DNA of 63,199 nt, counting the filler, from Choristocarpus tenellus KU-1152 (Eukaryota > Protista > Phaeophyceae): the NCBI GenBank assembly GCA_964200185.2. It is 14 parts of 14 records of this genome, joined end to end, with 100 filler letters (N's around TTAATTAATTAA, not from the genome) between each part and the next. Parts side by side here need not be neighbours in the genome. Positions count along the whole stretch, not along the records: positions 60,585 to 63,199 come from CAXNAD020026249.1; 13 more parts are not named here. One strand, 5' to 3'. The position numbers were made by a program, and so were the translations under genes. The notes beneath the pieces were generated by a model. The model did no database searches and was not told the origin of the DNA. It saw only the letters and a program-made list of their open reading frames with translations. How positions within the stretch are numbered: the stretch's first letter is position 1; every line of letters starts with the position of its first letter. Positions 62,710-63,199 of this stretch are shown piece by piece.

Positions 62710-63199
62710 TTCACTCTGCTTTATCTTGTATCTTGTATCCTATGCTACTACTGTAAATACGAAATAAAAAATACGACTCTGATACTGATCCCAGGTTTGA
62801 GCCTGGGCGTGAGTACCACTGTGGAAGTGTGGGGGAGAAACGGAGGAGCTATTTAGTGACGACTTCTACGCTAGTTTGTCGGTGAGAAGTGAGATCCCCC
62901 TGTTTGATTATCTGAATTCATACATGATGCACTTTTTTGTATGATTGGGATGTTTGTGAAGTGTTGCATGGGTGAATGTGAAGCGTGTTCAAATCCAATT
63001 GAATGTTTTCTTTACATTGATGGCCATGATGTGCAGGAGTGAGGTGCTTTGATCAAGTTGGTTTTGTGACTTTGATATTAGGTAGATGCAAGTGTATTCC
63101 TCTAATCAATCCCAAGCTGAGGTGAAGATGGTGACGGATCTCTTTGGGTGAAGTGGGACTATTTCTGTTCTTGTCTGACCCAAAGTATCTGGGAAGGGG

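Overview
Eukaryotic nuclear DNA, most likely a brown alga or close stramenopile relative. This is inferred from short exons in long introns, scattered TTAGGG repeats and the gene content. The window is not one locus: it is 14 short contigs joined by 13 identical 100-nt spacers (N44-TTAATTAATTAA-N44), so adjacency across spacers has no biological meaning. Recognisable host genes are all partial and spliced: PGM2-type phosphoglucomutase (3 exons), a HECT E3 ligase C-terminus (5 exons, with a probable GC-AG intron), a cytosolic glutamyl-tRNA synthetase exon, a COG2509-type FAD-dependent oxidoreductase exon, a 5-exon gene with a possible Med15-like helical domain, and several low-complexity proteins. 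The rest is transposon-rich. It holds a decayed Ty1/Copia element with an inverted same-family LTR inserted in its pol gene, relics of Copia, Gypsy, hAT and mariner elements, and abundant MITE families that share a TCAAAGTATCT terminal motif. The most striking unexplained signal is four very short telomeric (TTAGGG) insertions flanked by 11-15 bp direct repeats, one of them a head-to-head G-strand/C-strand fusion. This suggests frequent telomerase- or TPRT-mediated insertion at staggered breaks. No prokaryotic operons, CRISPR arrays, rRNA or convincing tRNA genes were seen. All family assignments are by eye from remembered motifs; no searches were run.
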